A stretch of 64,000 nucleotides of DNA, taken from Vicugna vicugna (lineage: Eukaryota). How positions within the stretch are numbered: the first letter of the stretch is position 1; every line of letters begins with the position of its first letter. Positions 11,860 to 25,471 of this stretch are shown one piece after another. Location of the stretch: contig MU058423.1 in assembly GCA_013265495.1 (NCBI GenBank), positions 3,549,061-3,613,060 of the forward strand, written 5' to 3'. The notes under the pieces were generated by a model. It was not told the DNA's origin, ran no database searches, and was given only the letters and a program-made list of their open reading frames with translations. Position numbers and translations under genes: made by a program.

Positions 11860-12410
11860 AGGGTAATGTCTCCAGCCTCCCACACAGAGGATAGCAGGAC
11901 TGAGCGCTGACAGGATTTGTTGACAAATTAGATAGAGGTTTAGAGAACTTGTTGAGTCAAGAATGACTAAGTTTTTGACCTAAGAAAGATGGAATGATGA
12001 AGTTGAGTTTTACTCAGATGGGAAAACTATGTTAACATCAAAATAAAGGGTGCAAAGGGCTGAGTGCGAAGGTGGAGAATGGGGTTTGGTGCACATGAAA
12101 TTTGAGACCCCTATGAGATATCCAAGGCAAAAAATTCGAGAAGGCATTTCTGAAGTTCAGGGGAGAAGAAGACACAGACTTTTGGGAGTCGTCAGCATCC
12201 AGGTAGTATTTAAAGCCAGAAGATGAGATAATTATCAGAGGAGTGAGTAGAGATGAGGAGAAGGCAAGGGATGAAGGCTAAGCCAGGTGCCCCCCTAGTG
12301 AGAGATCAGAGAGACGGGGAGGAAGCCGTCGAGGTGATGAGAAGGAGCAGCAGTGAGGTAGGAGGAAAACCGGAAGCATGGGCTGTGTCAGAAGCCAGGT
12401 GAGGAGGATG
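11860..12410 (-). mobile_element. L2 fragment
   Basis: Purine-rich L2 reverse-complement motifs (gagtcaagaatgactaagtttttg; ttgggagtcgtcagcatccaggtagtatttaaagcc). Confidence 0.7.
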
Positions 12411-14229
12411 GACTGTTAGCTTTCAGTCCATGGAGGCGGCCTGGGCAGGGAGAGGAAGAAGGTAAGTGAGTGACAGAAACAAAAATCTTGCCCTCCCATA
12501 GGATTTACATCTTGGACAGAAGCACTACGACAGCCGATAGCTTGATTCACCACCTGGGGTTTAACTGGGCTGTTGAAGCACAGACAGGAAAGGAAGAGGG
12601 ACTTGTTGAAGTGAGGACCATGGAGTCAAAGCAGAGTAAGGGGGTAGGAGGGGACGGTGCACAGAGAAGTGTGTGGGCTGATGGACCAGAGGTCCTAACA
12701 CATTTGAAGAACAAAGGTGGTGGGAATGATTGGCCTATAAACTGCGAGGAGAGAGGGTAGGTCTAGACAGAGATTTTGAGTTAAAAATCTGACAGAGAAA
12801 CAGTTTGGGGAGCTGACAACTTCTCGTGACCCAGCTACCCAAAGTCTTTAATGAATGAGAGCAAGTGACTAGGAAATTGAGAAAAAATGCTGAAGTCAAG
12901 GGGAAGAAGTGGTCAGATGGCAGGACCTTTGGTGGGGTGGGGTTTAACAAGAGGGTGCACGTCGGGGGAATGCTCTCCAAGTTAAATGGACCCTCACCTC
13001 TCACCCTGTGGAGGGCAAGGGCTGTCCCCATGGGAGGGAGAGACTGGCGTGGAAAAGGGGAGGAGGGGAGAAGCCAGCGTGGTGGACCTTACGAGGCTAA
13101 GGTTGGAGGGAAGCTGATGAGGGTAGGGTATAAAAAGCGTGAAGATAGAGCTGTGAGCAGCGCTGACACCTGTCAGCCTCCCTGTGCCCCCCTATCGGGG
13201 GTGGGGCTTCCAAGGTTGCTCCTCTGTGGGGTGAGGCAGGGCACTGCTCTGTGGCTGTCCCAGGGGAGGGACAATTGGTGCAAACGCAATCATCGACTCA
13301 CGTGGCTAAGAAAGTCTGGGGCCATGGTCCAAAGCCCAGATGTGGGAGTGTGGTGGAACCTGGAAACCGAGTGGGAAAATAAAGGATGGGCAAGTGGGCG
13401 GGGGAGAGGGCGCACCCTGGAGGCCGAGCAGTGACCTGCATGTTTGAGCAGTGACTGTTTCACTCAACCCCAGTGAAGTCTAGTGTGGGTGGGCGTGGCT
13501 CGTTGACAAGGGCAGGAGTAGGATGAGCGGAAGGCAGGGTTTTCAAAGGGACAAGTCGTAATTACAGCACAATGAAAAAATTAGAAAGTGAAAGGAAATT
13601 AAACATTGTAAACTATAGAGGCTGTGCCTTTTAAGTCAAGAATCACCAATTAAGCTGCTTTGTTATGTAATATCTCATTCATTAGTCATCGAATTACCTC
13701 TGGCTGCATGCACTGTTTCCGTGAAGTTAATTTTTATTCCATTATGAAGGAATAAATCAAATCCAGTGAAAGGAAATCTGTCCTCATTGCTATCTATGGC
13801 AGGAGGGGCTAGAGCCAAAAGTCTTTTTGTGGTTTAATATTTTTGGTTTCAATTTAATAAAGAAGAGGAGCCTGAGGGATAAGAAAAGAGGTCAGGTTTT
13901 GCCTTTTCCACTCAAAGTACATAAATAGCACAAAAAGCAGCAGTGAGAGGTAGACAATGGTAAAGAACATGAAATCCACCCAGAACATATTAAATGTTGA
14001 CAGGAAGCACAAGCACCAAGGTACTTGGTACCACTGAAAACAGAGTAATTAATTCAGCGCCTTTGTGTGATGCCTGTGTTAATAGCTGTCTCCCAGGGAC
14101 TTTGCAAGGCATTGGGCATGTGTGAAAACAAATAATAACGTAGCGTTTGTTCTCAGAGCTAGTAAAAAGGCTGACATGAAAAAACAATTTCAATTTAAAG
14201 TCATAAGCGCTTTAACAAGTTTGTTCAAC

Positions 14230-14650
14230 GTACCATTTTTGCTCAGTCTTTGAAGGATGAGTAGATTGTGCCACACAAAGCAGATAAGGGTGTTCTGGAG
14301 AGAAAGGACAGCCTAGGAAAAGAGGCATGAAAGGCTGTGATTTTGGGGGAAACGAAGATGTTCTGTGTGACTGGGGAGAATGGCTAGACAGATTAACACC
14401 GGCTATATGCCATGCTAAATCATTGGGTTTAAAAAGAGAATGACTGGAGGAGTTTCATCAGAAGGGAGTGAGAGGACCTGCCAAATCTTTGCAGAAGATG
14501 AATGGGTTGGAGGGGAGTGAATTTTGATGGGTACAAACTGAAGACACAGAGACTACACTCTCATCTTTCATGTCTGCATCCTCAGGGTCATGTACAGTAT
14601 TTGGCATATAGGTTGGTGCTCGACAGATATTTGTCGAATGACTAAATGAA
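14230..14650. mobile_element. L2 fragments (minus-strand piece, then plus-strand 3' end)
   Basis: cttgaaggatgagtag-like L2 start, and an L2 tail ggcatataggttggtgctcgacagatatttgtcgaatgactaaatgaa. Confidence 0.6.
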
Positions 14651-15354
14651 GGAAGGAAAGACAGGGTTGCTGAGTTGGGTGGTGGAAGCAGGATGCTGGG
14701 AGGAGCCACAGGTGGGGATGGTTGTGCCCCCCTCCTGTGCCCTTGACAGATCAGCTCACCCCTGCCTCCCAGCCCTGCTGACTCATAAAAGTAGAGAGTC
14801 AGTTAGGGCGACTGAGAGGGAAGGAAACACCAAAGAGCTGGCCTCACAGAGCGCAGGGTGAGAGAGTTTCAAACAGAAAGAAATGGCCAACACCATCACA
14901 CACAGCAGGGACGTCCAGCAAGGACAGGGTCTGAGATCTTGAGTGACTGTCCCTACAAGGGCTCCCCGAAGTGGCAGCAGCGGGCTCTGGGTGACAGTGG
15001 GCTCCAGGTGTCAGTGGGCTGAGCAGTGAATGGGGGGAAGGAGGAGAGAGCGTGAAGGCGGAGATTGTTTCAGAAAGATGGGGTATGAAGGGAAGAGGGG
15101 GAGGAGTTAGCTCGAGCGTGAAGCAGTATCAAAGGAATGCTATATATTTTTTAAGAATGGTAGGTTTATGGATTTTAGAAAAACCAGCAGAGAGCAGAAG
15201 TTAAAGCCAGTAGGTTGACATAGAATAAGGGAGATGGATTTGACTAGCAATAATATCCTTTAGTTTTAACATTGAAAGCTGTGTTTTAAGAGAATGAATA
15301 GATGTCAGTAGGGGAAAGGATGAGGTGGAGGAGAGGACGCTGGATGGATAGTGG

Positions 15355-15490
15355 ACAGCTGGGCTCTAGTCCTCGCTGCTACGACCCAGCTGTGTAAGCG
15401 TCACCCAGCTGTTACCTGCTCTGAGCCTTGGTTTCACCTTTAAAACAAGTGATGCCCTGTGGAGTGGTCTACTTCAGCCATAAAATTCTC
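15355..15490 (+). mobile_element. MIR/MIR3 SINE fragment
   Basis: gggctctagtcctcgctgctac...cagctgtgt...ctctgagccttggtttcacctttaaaa resembles the MIR core. Confidence 0.55.
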
Positions 15491-16329
15491 TGATTCAAAG
15501 TGTTATAAGTTTGATAATATATTCACATAAAAATAAGGCTTCTCCCAAAATACAGTTTGCCTCAAGTATAACGTAGGTTTTTGTTTTTGGAATTTTTGCT
15601 TTATATTATCTCTAAGGAGAAATGAGATAGCATTTGAGAAGGAACTTTGGAGACTTGAGAGGTAAAACAGCTGAATTTCTATTCATTAGTAATCATGCCT
15701 ATATTCTTGACCCAGAGACCTCCCATGTTTTCCCCTTCTTGTATGTATTACCCCAGAGTATGAAATCTTAGCAGAAGGGGAACTAAAATGAAATTAACTC
15801 CTTATCTAAAGATTTAGATGCCCTGGTACAAACCTCTCAAGGATGATAAACTAATAATTTCCCTGTGGATGGTGAAATTACAGTTTGCATAATTATTTCC
15901 TCATGATTTAATTGAAAATATTAAAGATTAGGCCCACAGATACCAGGGACTCCAAGGCAGGATAACACGTGTCCTTGTCCTGTCTCTGGAACACTGGCAG
16001 CCGATGAAGTGTAAGTGAAAACAGAAATGCTTGTGAAAAACACAGCTGCGTTCTAGGGCGTCTGAAAGCCCTGGTCACGGGCCATGAGGTGGATGCTGCT
16101 TCTGGGGTTCTGTGGCTAGCAGGGGCCAGCAGGTGCCTTTTCCAGCGTCACGTTAGAGGACCTGGCATTGCCCCCCAGGCAGTCCCACCTGAAGATCTGG
16201 CCGCACAGGAATCAGCTGGCTTGTCATTACATCGAACTTACAAGCAGACCCACCACACGGCTCTCTCCTCTGTCTCCTGAACTCTGTTATTTCAGAGTCA
16301 CAACCAGTCACCCCGGCTACAGACCTGCT

Positions 16330-16950
16330 GGCCATCCTCAGCTTCTTCCCTCTTCTTTCCCCCCACGTCCAATGCCTCATCAGTTACATCGGATTTGCTG
16401 CCCACATAGCGTCTCTCCTGGGTCCCCTCTGCTCTCACTGCAGCAGTTGCTCCTGCTGCCCAGCCTTGCTCCCTGCATAGCCACCCTCCACACGGCTGCC
16501 GGGCTCTTCAGCCTGGCATTCAAGGCCTTCCTCTTTGGGCCTCTGATGTGTCTCAAGGCTTAGCTCTCACCCCTCTTACTACTTCACATCTGGACCCAGC
16601 AAACAGCAGTGGGTCCCTGCTTCACCTCTCCGCACACGCCTTCTGCTTGCCTGTACTGCCCTTGTCCTGGCTTTTCATGCCTCTGGAACTTCTATCCATG
16701 TTTACTGTCATCTTTTCTTCGAAAGCCTTCCTGTTGTAGTCCCTCCAATGAATCATCAAAGGCACGGCCAATGTCACTGTCCATCCGCTCTTGTTGCAGA
16801 GATGAGAGGTTCTACCTTGTGTGTGCAGGTTAGTTTCATCTGTCTCCACAATTAGACCCTGAGCTCCTTAAGGGCAGGAGGTTACGTCTGATTCATCTGT
16901 AACTTAGTGCCTAGCACATAATAGGTGCTCAATACATGCATGTTAAATAG
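16330..16950 (+). mobile_element. L2 3' portion
   Basis: cctggcattcaaggccttc...tagaccctgagctccttaagggcagg...tagtgcctagcacataataggtgctcaatacatgcatgttaaat. Confidence 0.8.
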
Positions 16951-17084
16951 AACTAAGTTTTATTTCTTTCCTTCCTTGCCAGCTCTCTAATGCTTTCATT
17001 TTTATTTTCAAAAATATGTTTCTAGTAAAATAGATAGCTCTTCTTTTGCTTTATACACATATCTTAATAATAATAATAACAATA

Positions 17085-17330
17085 TTAATAATAATAATTT
17101 CTTCCATTTATTGAGTGCTTTCCAAATGACAGGCATCACCCTAAGAATTTTATATACTTTATCTCCTTTATTCCTCACAACAGCCAAGTGAGGGGGGCAT
17201 TATTCTCCTTATTTTGTTTGTGAAGACCCAGCCTCAGAGATGAAGCGACTTGACCAAGGTCCGGCAGCAGACTCGGGAACATGCCTGCAGGCCTGGGTCT
17301 CCTGACAGCAAGGCGTGTGCTCTCAGTTAT
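17085..17330 (-). mobile_element. MIR SINE
   Basis: catttattgagtgcttt...cctcacaacagcc...gcctcagagatgaagcgacttgaccaaggtc. Confidence 0.75.
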
Positions 17331-17599
17331 CTTGCAGCTGCCTCCTACTAACCGTAGCTACCACTTGTTGAATGGGCTTTGGCAACATAATCTTCATCAA
17401 TTGTTTTAAAAATATTTTTTTAAAAAACTCACGGTGTGTGAATACCTTCTCTTATTTGAAAAGAAAAATACCGCAGAGAGAGTTCTTTGGCCACTGATTC
17501 CCAAACCCATTGCTCAGCCCAGAGGAAACTACTATGAGCTTTGTGTAGACTTCCCGATCTTTCTCGGCTTTTGTACGCACTGCACACACCTACATCGTA

Positions 17600-17785
17600 C
17601 GGCTGACCCTTGAACAACACAGGTTTGAACTGTGTGGGTCCACTTATGTGTGAAATTTTATCGCTAAATACATACTACAGAATATGTAAATATGTGCATG
17701 AATCCCTGGATGTGGACTCATGGATGTGAGGTCCTACGGGGGGGGGGTGATGCCCTTAACCCCCACATTGTTCAAGGGTCAACTG
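17600..17785 (+). mobile_element. Tigger2-derived MITE (Tigger2a/MER8-like)
   Basis: TIRs cggctgacccttgaacaa and ttgttcaagggtcaactg, with TA on both sides (17598-17599, 17786-17787). Confidence 0.85.
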
Positions 17786-18367
17786 TATTAGGATAAAAGC
17801 AAGCTACCTCAGCAAAGAGGCCCCCAAATGCAGTTGATGAAAGAAAGTAGACATTGAACAGTGCAGGTAGAAAGATGGCTTTATCCACGTGGCCAATCAG
17901 ACTTTCCTTCTGTTTTAGCCTTGTCTGCAAGTTAAGTCAAAAGCAGCTAACTCCAAATCCATCATCAGGATGCTGCCTAGAGGAGCTCACACCCAGATTG
18001 TAAGGAACAGACCTAAAAGCACACAACTTAGTTTGCTGATGTTCCATTGAATGAGATATGAACATTTCAAATTTGAAAACATTCTGTCAAATAACTTTCT
18101 GTACTGGGCAGTGGTACCCATTTACATGATGGCCGGCTGGCTGTGAGAGTCTTCTTTTCCTAAATTTTCATTGTCACTTGATATTATTAGATTTTTTTAA
18201 AGTTTTACCAATTGAAAGGATGAGAAATGTCTCATTTTTTTCATTTGATTCATTTTTCTTATTGATTTGTAATTCTCTCTCCCTGTGAGACTCTTATCTT
18301 TTATTGGGGGTACATGTGCCCAACAGCTTTTCACTGTCTTTAACTTGTATGTTAACCTTGTTTATGG

Positions 18368-18582
18368 TTGAGTTTCTCAAACTTGGCACTATTGACATAT
18401 TGGGCTGGATAATTCTCTGTTTTGAGGGGCTGTCCTGTACATTGTAGAATGTTTAGCCACAACATTGGCCTCAATACATTGATGCCATTAGTAACCCACC
18501 TTACTTCCCCCCATTTTGGCAGGCAAAAATGGATTGCCACATGTCCCCCGGGGGGCAAAATTGCCCCAAACTGAGAACTACT
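18368..18582. mobile_element. MER20 hAT-Charlie element
   Basis: tttctcaaacttggcactattgacatattgggctggataattctctgttttgaggggctgtcctgtacattgtagaatgtttagc...tgagaactactg. Confidence 0.88.
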
Positions 18583-19485
18583 GTTTATACAAAGCTTAAT
18601 TCTTATACAATTAAATTGATAATGCTTTTTCTTATGATTTTGCTTTTTGTGTCTTGTTTAAGAAAGCCCTTCCAACCCCCTCAAATAATAAAGCTGTGCT
18701 CTTTTATTTTCCTCTAGTATTTTTATAGTTTATTGTTCTTTGAAAAATAACTTTAGTCTTTAATGCCCTGGAAATTGATTTTGTGTAAAACGGGAGGTGG
18801 GGATCTGAAGCAGAGCCAGATTATGTGCCAGATCTGCCTTGGCTCCACCGGATCCTGGCCACCTGCCCTGCTGCTTGGCCAGAGTGACCCTGGCAGTGGC
18901 TCACTTTGCTCTCACAGTCATAAAGCCCTCGCCACTGATGCTATAGACTGGGGAGCCCTTGTGCAGCACTGACAGACAAGGAGAATCTGTCATTCCTGTA
19001 CCCTGGATAGATGGGAATTGGGGAGGCTGGGACTTCACCAGCGGCTGCCTGGAGGGGCACACAACCAGAGGGTGTGAGGGAGTTAAAGCCCTAGCAGGCG
19101 GGCTTCTACCAAGAAAGAGAAGAGGGGAAAGGGAAAGCCAACCTTCAGATTGCTTGCTCATCTCCTCCACGGAGTTCCAAGACACAGTGGTTTTATATGG
19201 CCTTTTTGGAAATGTCCTGGGAGACCGAGCAATGAAGCTATGTTGATTGCAAAGCAGTGGCTGGCTCAGTAACTCACCTCCATGCGTTTGCTCTCCATCC
19301 TTCCTGCAACACAGGGTTAGCACGTAGGTGTCTCTTCAGGCCTGTCAATGGTTAGAATTTCATCTTAACATTTACCTCCCATGGATAACCAATTTCCCTA
19401 ACAGCTTTTATAAAATTCTCCCCCTTTTTTTCCATCCTGAGGATGATTTTTTGCTACAAGTAACCAAAATTGCAACCAAAAGTAG

Positions 19486-19700
19486 CAGGACCAGGACTAG
19501 GGTGGGGTGACTGATGGACTCGCCTTGGGTGCAAATTTGGGCAGAGGGCACCAAAAATAGTCAGCAGTAAAGATTCATACTGTTTATATGCCAAGCAAGT
19601 TTCAAAAAAATCAACATTAATGCAAAGAGTCCATGATGAGCAAAATATTGAAATTTTAAATAAAGCCAGAATCTGATCCTACATTTGCTCGACTTGTACA
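19486..19700. mobile_element. hAT-Tip100 element (Arthur1A/MER69-like)
   Basis: caggaccaggactagggtggggtgactgatggactcgccttgggtgcaaattt...tccatgatgagcaaaatattgaaattttaaataaag. Confidence 0.7.
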
Positions 19701-20859
19701 CTTCCCCCTACTCCTGGGGGAATTTCGTAGTAATATATTACATGACAAGAAATTTATAGGAAGGAAAGGCAGGCTCCGGGCATGTTACAATCATCAACTC
19801 AATGACGTCATTGAGGACCCAGATTTCTTTCTTCTTCTATTCTGCTATCTTCAGCATCAGCTTCAGCTCAAGGCTAGCGTCCCATGGGATCGCAACTTTT
19901 TGCAACATCCCAGAAATTACATTCAGAGGCAATCACATGCAGATGTTACCATGTCAAGGTCATTGGAAAATACCTCATTCCAAAGCCACTCATGAGCATG
20001 AGACCCTGGGAAGTATGGAGGGTCTTGTCAGTCTCTTTTTAAAAAATGCAGTAACCTCCTGGGGAGAAATAATCTGTGCTTGGGCAGCTTTTCCTGGGGT
20101 CTGAGCCCAGAACCCTGAGTCAAGGTGGGCTCAGGAGCTTGCTGCCGGGGGCTGGAGCAGATGGGCTCTGGCTGCTGTTGCTGCTGCTGGCTGAGCCCAG
20201 ACCCCCATGGTGCTCCAATGACCACCTCCATTCCTTCTTCAGGGACTCCCCAGAAAGCCCCAGGCGCACTTGCCATGCTACTCAAGTCCCAGGAAAGGGA
20301 TCAGTTTCCCTGATTTCCCTTGATGTGTAAATGCAAACTAAATGTGATGTCAGCCCATGCTCACAGACTTGGTTGTTTAATTAACTCTGTTTTCGGCAAG
20401 GAGAATTAGGCATGCTAATAAGACCTTAAGTGAAACATAAGCCAGGCTGTCTGATGGAAAAGGGCTTTGCTGATAACTTCATTAAACATATATGAGGAAG
20501 TGAGTCAAGCATTTCAGCAGAGGAAATCCAGTAGACAGTGGGCAGGAACACCAGCGGGTCTTAGAGATACATAAACGAAGCATAGTTCTGAGGATGAGAA
20601 TAATTGGCTTTGGTGTGGATGCATGCCATTACAGAGCATTAATGGGGCTTTGTTTTATTCACTCATTGAAATATATTGATGGAGCTATTTTTTCATGCCA
20701 GGTACTGTACTACACAAGGAGAGAGGTATGAAGAATATGGTTTAGTACCAACCCTCTTGGTATTTAGAGTCTAAAGGGTTAAAATTGTCAGGAATATTTT
20801 GGAGAACTATAAGCTACTGGACAATTTGGGCACGTTATTTACTAACATTCTCATTTTTT

Positions 20860-22680
20860 AAAATCTCTATTTTTGAAATGTATAGTCAAAAGCATATAAA
20901 ACGCAAATGTGTAGTTTGATGAAAAATAAGAAAACAAATACCTGCATAACTAGGTCCCAATTTAAAGAGCAGAACATGAGTAAAACCTCAGGAGCCTCCA
21001 AAGGATCCCTTCTCAACTTAGTTCTCTTCTCAGCGCCACCCAAAGGTAGCAACCATAAAATGAGTGTCAGCTATTCTCTTCCTAGTTATTTTCCTTTTGT
21101 ATGTTTCTCTGAACAATATTTTGGAAATCTGCAAAGTGTACAAGTGAATTTAAAGATGACTTTGGTAAGAATTATTTTCAGTATAATATTAAATCTGAGG
21201 ATAGGGCCATCTGTTTAGGTCTTTCACAGTCTTGCGATAAAGTTTTATATTTTTTTCTGTGAAAGGTTTTACATCTCTTGTTAAGTTTTTCCCCTACCTA
21301 AATGTATCTTTTTTTTTTAAAATATATCTTCTAAAAATTATGATTTCTGACTGGTTGTTGAGGGTGTAGAGCTGCGCAATTGACATTTTCGGGTGGACTT
21401 TGTCAACAGCACTATTTCTAACTCTAATACTTTGTAGCTGTTTATGGATTTATATGTAAGCTGTTAGATGATATGCAAATATTGACAGTTATCCCTTTCA
21501 AATCCTTTTTAAAATATTTTTCTTATCTTACTGTATAGGCTAAGATCTCTAGTATAATAGAAACAGTGGTAACTAGGCTTCCATGTCTTATGCCAGACCA
21601 TGACTGACAGTGAAATGCTGAAAGCATAATTTTAAATTTTATTTTTATTTCTGTATTTATTTATTGTTTAAGTGTAATTGATTCACAATATAGTATTAGT
21701 TTCAGGTATAATAGCACAGCAATTTGGTATTTTTATATACTGCAACAGGATCACTATAATAAATTTAGTTACAATTTATCACCATACAAAGCTATTATGT
21801 TGTTATTGACTATATTCCCTGTGCTTACATTGAATCCCATGGCTTTATTTATTTTATAACTGGAAGTTTGTACCTCCTCATCCCCTTCACTTATTTTCCC
21901 TGCCCCTCCACCCCCAGCGACCACTAGTCTGTTCCCTGTTATCTGAGTCTGTTCCTGTTTTGTTATGCTTGTTCGTTTTACTCTTTAGATTTCACATATA
22001 AGTGAAATCATACTGTGTTTGTCCTGAAAGCACTGCGTTAAGTATGGTTTGCTATTGGTTATTTTTAGATGCTCTTCAATAAGTTAGAGATTTTCCATTT
22101 CTAGTTTCTTAAGGTTTTTTAAAATCATAAATGGATATTGAATTTTATTGAATTCTTTTCTTATATCTATTGAAATAATTATATAAATTAATTAACGTTT
22201 TACTTTAGATCAAACTTTCATTCCTGAGAAGGAAAATCAACTTGTTCATGTTACATTATCATTTTATAAATCTGGGGATTCAGGGTTATAATATTTTCCT
22301 TAGAATATTTCCACTTGTGTTCATGAGTAGGTCCTTGTACTGTCTTTGTCTGGGTTAGGTATGGAATTACGGTAGCCTGAAAATATGAGTTCGGGAGTAT
22401 TTCTTCTCTTTATGCTCTCTGGAAAAATTAATGTAAGATTAGAGTTATATTTTACTGAATATTTGGTAGAATTTTTCTGTGAAGCTCTCTGGGTCTAGTT
22501 TTCTTTGTGAAAAGATTGAAAAAATATTGATTAACTTTTTGAAATGACAGTGGGAATATTCAAATTTTCTATTTCTTCAGTTATTGTTGGTAAGGACTCC
22601 CCCCATCCCAGGGATTGATATGTTTCCTTTTGTTTTCAAATTTATGAAAAGCTATTTATCTTATCTTCTTTTTAATATCT
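20860..22680 (-). mobile_element. Ancient L1ME-like sequence, interrupted by a younger L1
   Basis: Degenerate T-rich L1 ORF2/3'UTR reverse complement (ataaatggatattgaattttattgaattc; tatttggtagaatttttctgtgaagctctctggg). Confidence 0.65.
21645..22025 (-). mobile_element. Intermediate-age L1 3' end (L1MA9/L1_Art-like)
   Basis: tattagtttcaggtata...caccatacaaagctattatgttgttattgactatattccctgtgc...ttagatttcacatataagtgaaatcatac; same family as the 36.4 kb copy. Confidence 0.8.
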
Positions 22681-22689
22681 GTATGTTAA

Positions 22690-23280
22690 AAAAAAAAAAC
22701 CAGCCCCAAATCCCAGATAAACACTTTATTTTTACCCTGAGCCATTTTTCCAAGAGAGGATTTATGGATCCCACACTGCTAATTCAGCCTCTACTCCCAG
22801 CCATCATTATCATTTTGAAGATATTGATCACTAATTCAGATGTCCCTACCTTGACCACTGAATTTTAATTGGTCTTTCTTGTATCAAAAAAACTTCCTCA
22901 ATGTTATCGTTTACTGTCTGCAGTTGAGAGGGGCTTACCTCCTGCACTGTACAAGTCCCTCAACTTGTGAACGCTGCTCTTTCTCACTCCTTTGTGCAAG
23001 CCAGCCAGAGCTTCTGTGAACTCCTACCTTCCCCGTGGCACCTTGCTGAACGCAGCCAAGTGTAACTAAAACATGTAACTAACACTTTGTTTTCTGAACG
23101 GTTCCCTGAGGGTTATAAATTCACTAGATACACGATCTCCTTCCGGGTTATTGTAGTGACAGTTCCACTAAATTCTTCCCGCTGTGTAAAACCGATTGCC
23201 ACTCTAGTGTGTGATTAATTTCCTGCTGCTGACTCACTGACCACTAAGCCAATGTCACCTGTTGAGGGTTTTTTGTTAAC
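22690..23280 (-). mobile_element. Probable decayed ERVL internal (gag-region) fragment
   Basis: Reverse complement resembles ERVL gag-region sequence; heavily degenerate. Confidence 0.35.
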
Positions 23281-23469
23281 AGCAGAGTCCTTCTGATAGC
23301 AATTTCCGTGTCTGTCAAGGTAAGCCTGGGATGTTCTGTCGTACCAAACGACTTCAGGACCTCGATGGCTTAATATGACTTTGCGAGGTCTGTGCAGGTG
23401 GGCAGAGGCTCTGCCCCTCATGGTTCCCCTGACAGATGCTACAGGATGACAGCAGTAAGGAAAGACATG

Positions 23470-23630
23470 GCTGTGTGAGTCACTTGCTTGTTTGCTCGTG
23501 GCCCTGTTCTTCATCCCTCCCCTGCTTTGCCCTGTAACATAGGAAGCTGACACCTAAGGCCTGGTTTCACGAATTCCCATGTCAGCTGGCTTCCTCGTGG
23601 GTTTGTCCGTGGGAGACACCGCAGGAAATT
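23470..23630 (+). mobile_element. LTR33-like fragment
   Basis: ggaagctgacacctaaggcc...gctggcttcctcgtgggtttgtccgtgggagacaccgcaggaaatt. Confidence 0.5.
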
Positions 23631-24720
23631 CCTGGGTGTCTGAGACTCTGAAAGGCTGAGGCTGCTGTAACCTCATGGGTCCTCTCCCATCCCCACATGC
23701 TGTTTTCGCACTGAGCCTTGGAGCCTGGGAGGGCTCCTCTCAGTCACACCCCTAGTTCTCAGGGCTGCTCCCCAGGTTTCCCCTGAGCTCAGGTCTCTTT
23801 TTTGGGGGTGAGCATTTGCCAGCATCTTTTGGTTGTTCAGGTTGGTTTCTGAGATTCAGTAACTTCACACCTCTGCCATCGTTCTTTTTCAGAAGTCCCC
23901 TGGGGCCACTTTCAATTCTCTGTTTGGGTTTTTGGACCACAGAATTGGTGTGAACTTAGACTGTGAACCCATGAGAGAAAGCCCTCTGGTTATGAGATCT
24001 TAAGGGAAATATTTTTTTCCCCTTCTGCCCAGGATCCGGGTGGAGAAAGGCCACCCCTTTCAGCATAGAGGAGTCTGTTTTTCATGACTTTTATTCTGAA
24101 AGTGTAGCCCTTTGCCATCTCAGCTTTGTTCAGGGGTCTTCTATTCGATGCCCTGCCTTGGGATTTACCTTTCCCCTGCGCGTTGTGCAGTTTTACTAAA
24201 TGTGTCTCCAGGATTTAGCACAACCCCTCCAAGCAGTTTCATCCTTGCTCACTGCTCAGAGTCCCTGCTCTCATTTCGTCTTTGGATTCTAGAGATTCCT
24301 TTGTGCCAGCTCAGTGATGCATTCAAAATATTTTAAGAAACACTTTATCCTGCATTTTAGTTGATTCAGTTGTGAGGGTTGTTCAGAGTATCTAATCTGT
24401 CCATAATGTCAGAAAAGGAAGAAAAGGAAGCCTACTTCTAGTCTTTGCTTTTTATTCTTTCTGTGGCCCAGGCAGAAACAGTTGCTGGGACAATGGTCCC
24501 CGTTTTAAAGTGCCACGACCACACTAAAGAGGCGTGGGAAATGGATGACTGGGTTAGCATTGATTACTAGCTAGTAACCGGGTAACTGATACATGTTTAC
24601 GTATTAGTCACTTGTCTGGAATTCCTCAGGCCCTCCTGTCTGCTGGAAGGTGGGGGGAAATGTTTAATTACCTCAAATGAAAAAGAGAAACATACATCTG
24701 AAGATTCTTGGGCTTGCATT

Positions 24721-24870
24721 TAGGGTTGCTAGATTTAGCAAATAATATAGTTTGGGTTTTTTTTTTAAGTATAAGTATGTTTCAGATCATATTTGAGATT
24801 TCCTTAGACCAAAAAATGTTGTTATCTGAAATTAAAATTTGGGTGTCCTTTATTTTAGCTGGCAACCCTG
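24721..24870. mobile_element. MER53 hAT MITE
   Basis: TIRs tagggttgctag and ctggcaaccctg around an AT-rich core. Confidence 0.8.
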
Positions 24871-25321
24871 CTTGCGTTTCTCCCAGTCTTCTCTTGCTCA
24901 CATTTTCTGCTCACAAATTCTTTTTTCTGTTTCTCCTTTCATGGATATTCCCTTCTCTTTACTCTTGGTAAACCTGAAGGGCACAGTCCCTTTTTCTGAT
25001 TTCTGTGGAGTATACTGTAGGCTTTAACTCACAACTTGGAGTGGATGCCAGGTTTGTGTGATATGGCAGCAGAGCCCAGCAAGGGATTTAAAATAGAATG
25101 TTCGCTATCCCTGCCCCTTAGGATCAACAGCTGTGCTCACAGCTTTGAATTTCTGCAGAGCGGTCTGTTCTCTGGTCCCTTGTTACTATACCTGCCTTCC
25201 CTCTCTCCACGATGGAAGGAAAATAAAGATGGAGTTGGTATTGCTAAGAGGGCTCTCTAAAACAGAGCCGGGAGGCCGTTTAGGAAGTATGACTTATGCA
25301 CGTCTTAGCCTGGATGGAATC

Positions 25322-25334
25322 TGACCTTTGACCT
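25322..25334 (-). promoter_or_regulatory. Perfect DR1 element
   Basis: TGACCTTTGACCT, the reverse complement of AGGTCA-A-AGGTCA. Confidence 0.5.
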
Positions 25335-25471
25335 GATGAATTTATCCAGAACATCTGCCAGAAACTCAAGATACTTATCAGGCCCTTACCCTAAAATAAC
25401 TTGTGACCGTCTTTCCACTTACCAGACTCCTACCCTAGAACAACTTGTGATTCCTTAGGGACAAATATTTT

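Noticed and set aside
12865..13434. Longest ORF (189 aa)
   Set aside because: G/A-rich degenerate, probably L2-derived sequence with few stops; the Gly/Arg/Trp-biased translation has no recognisable domain.
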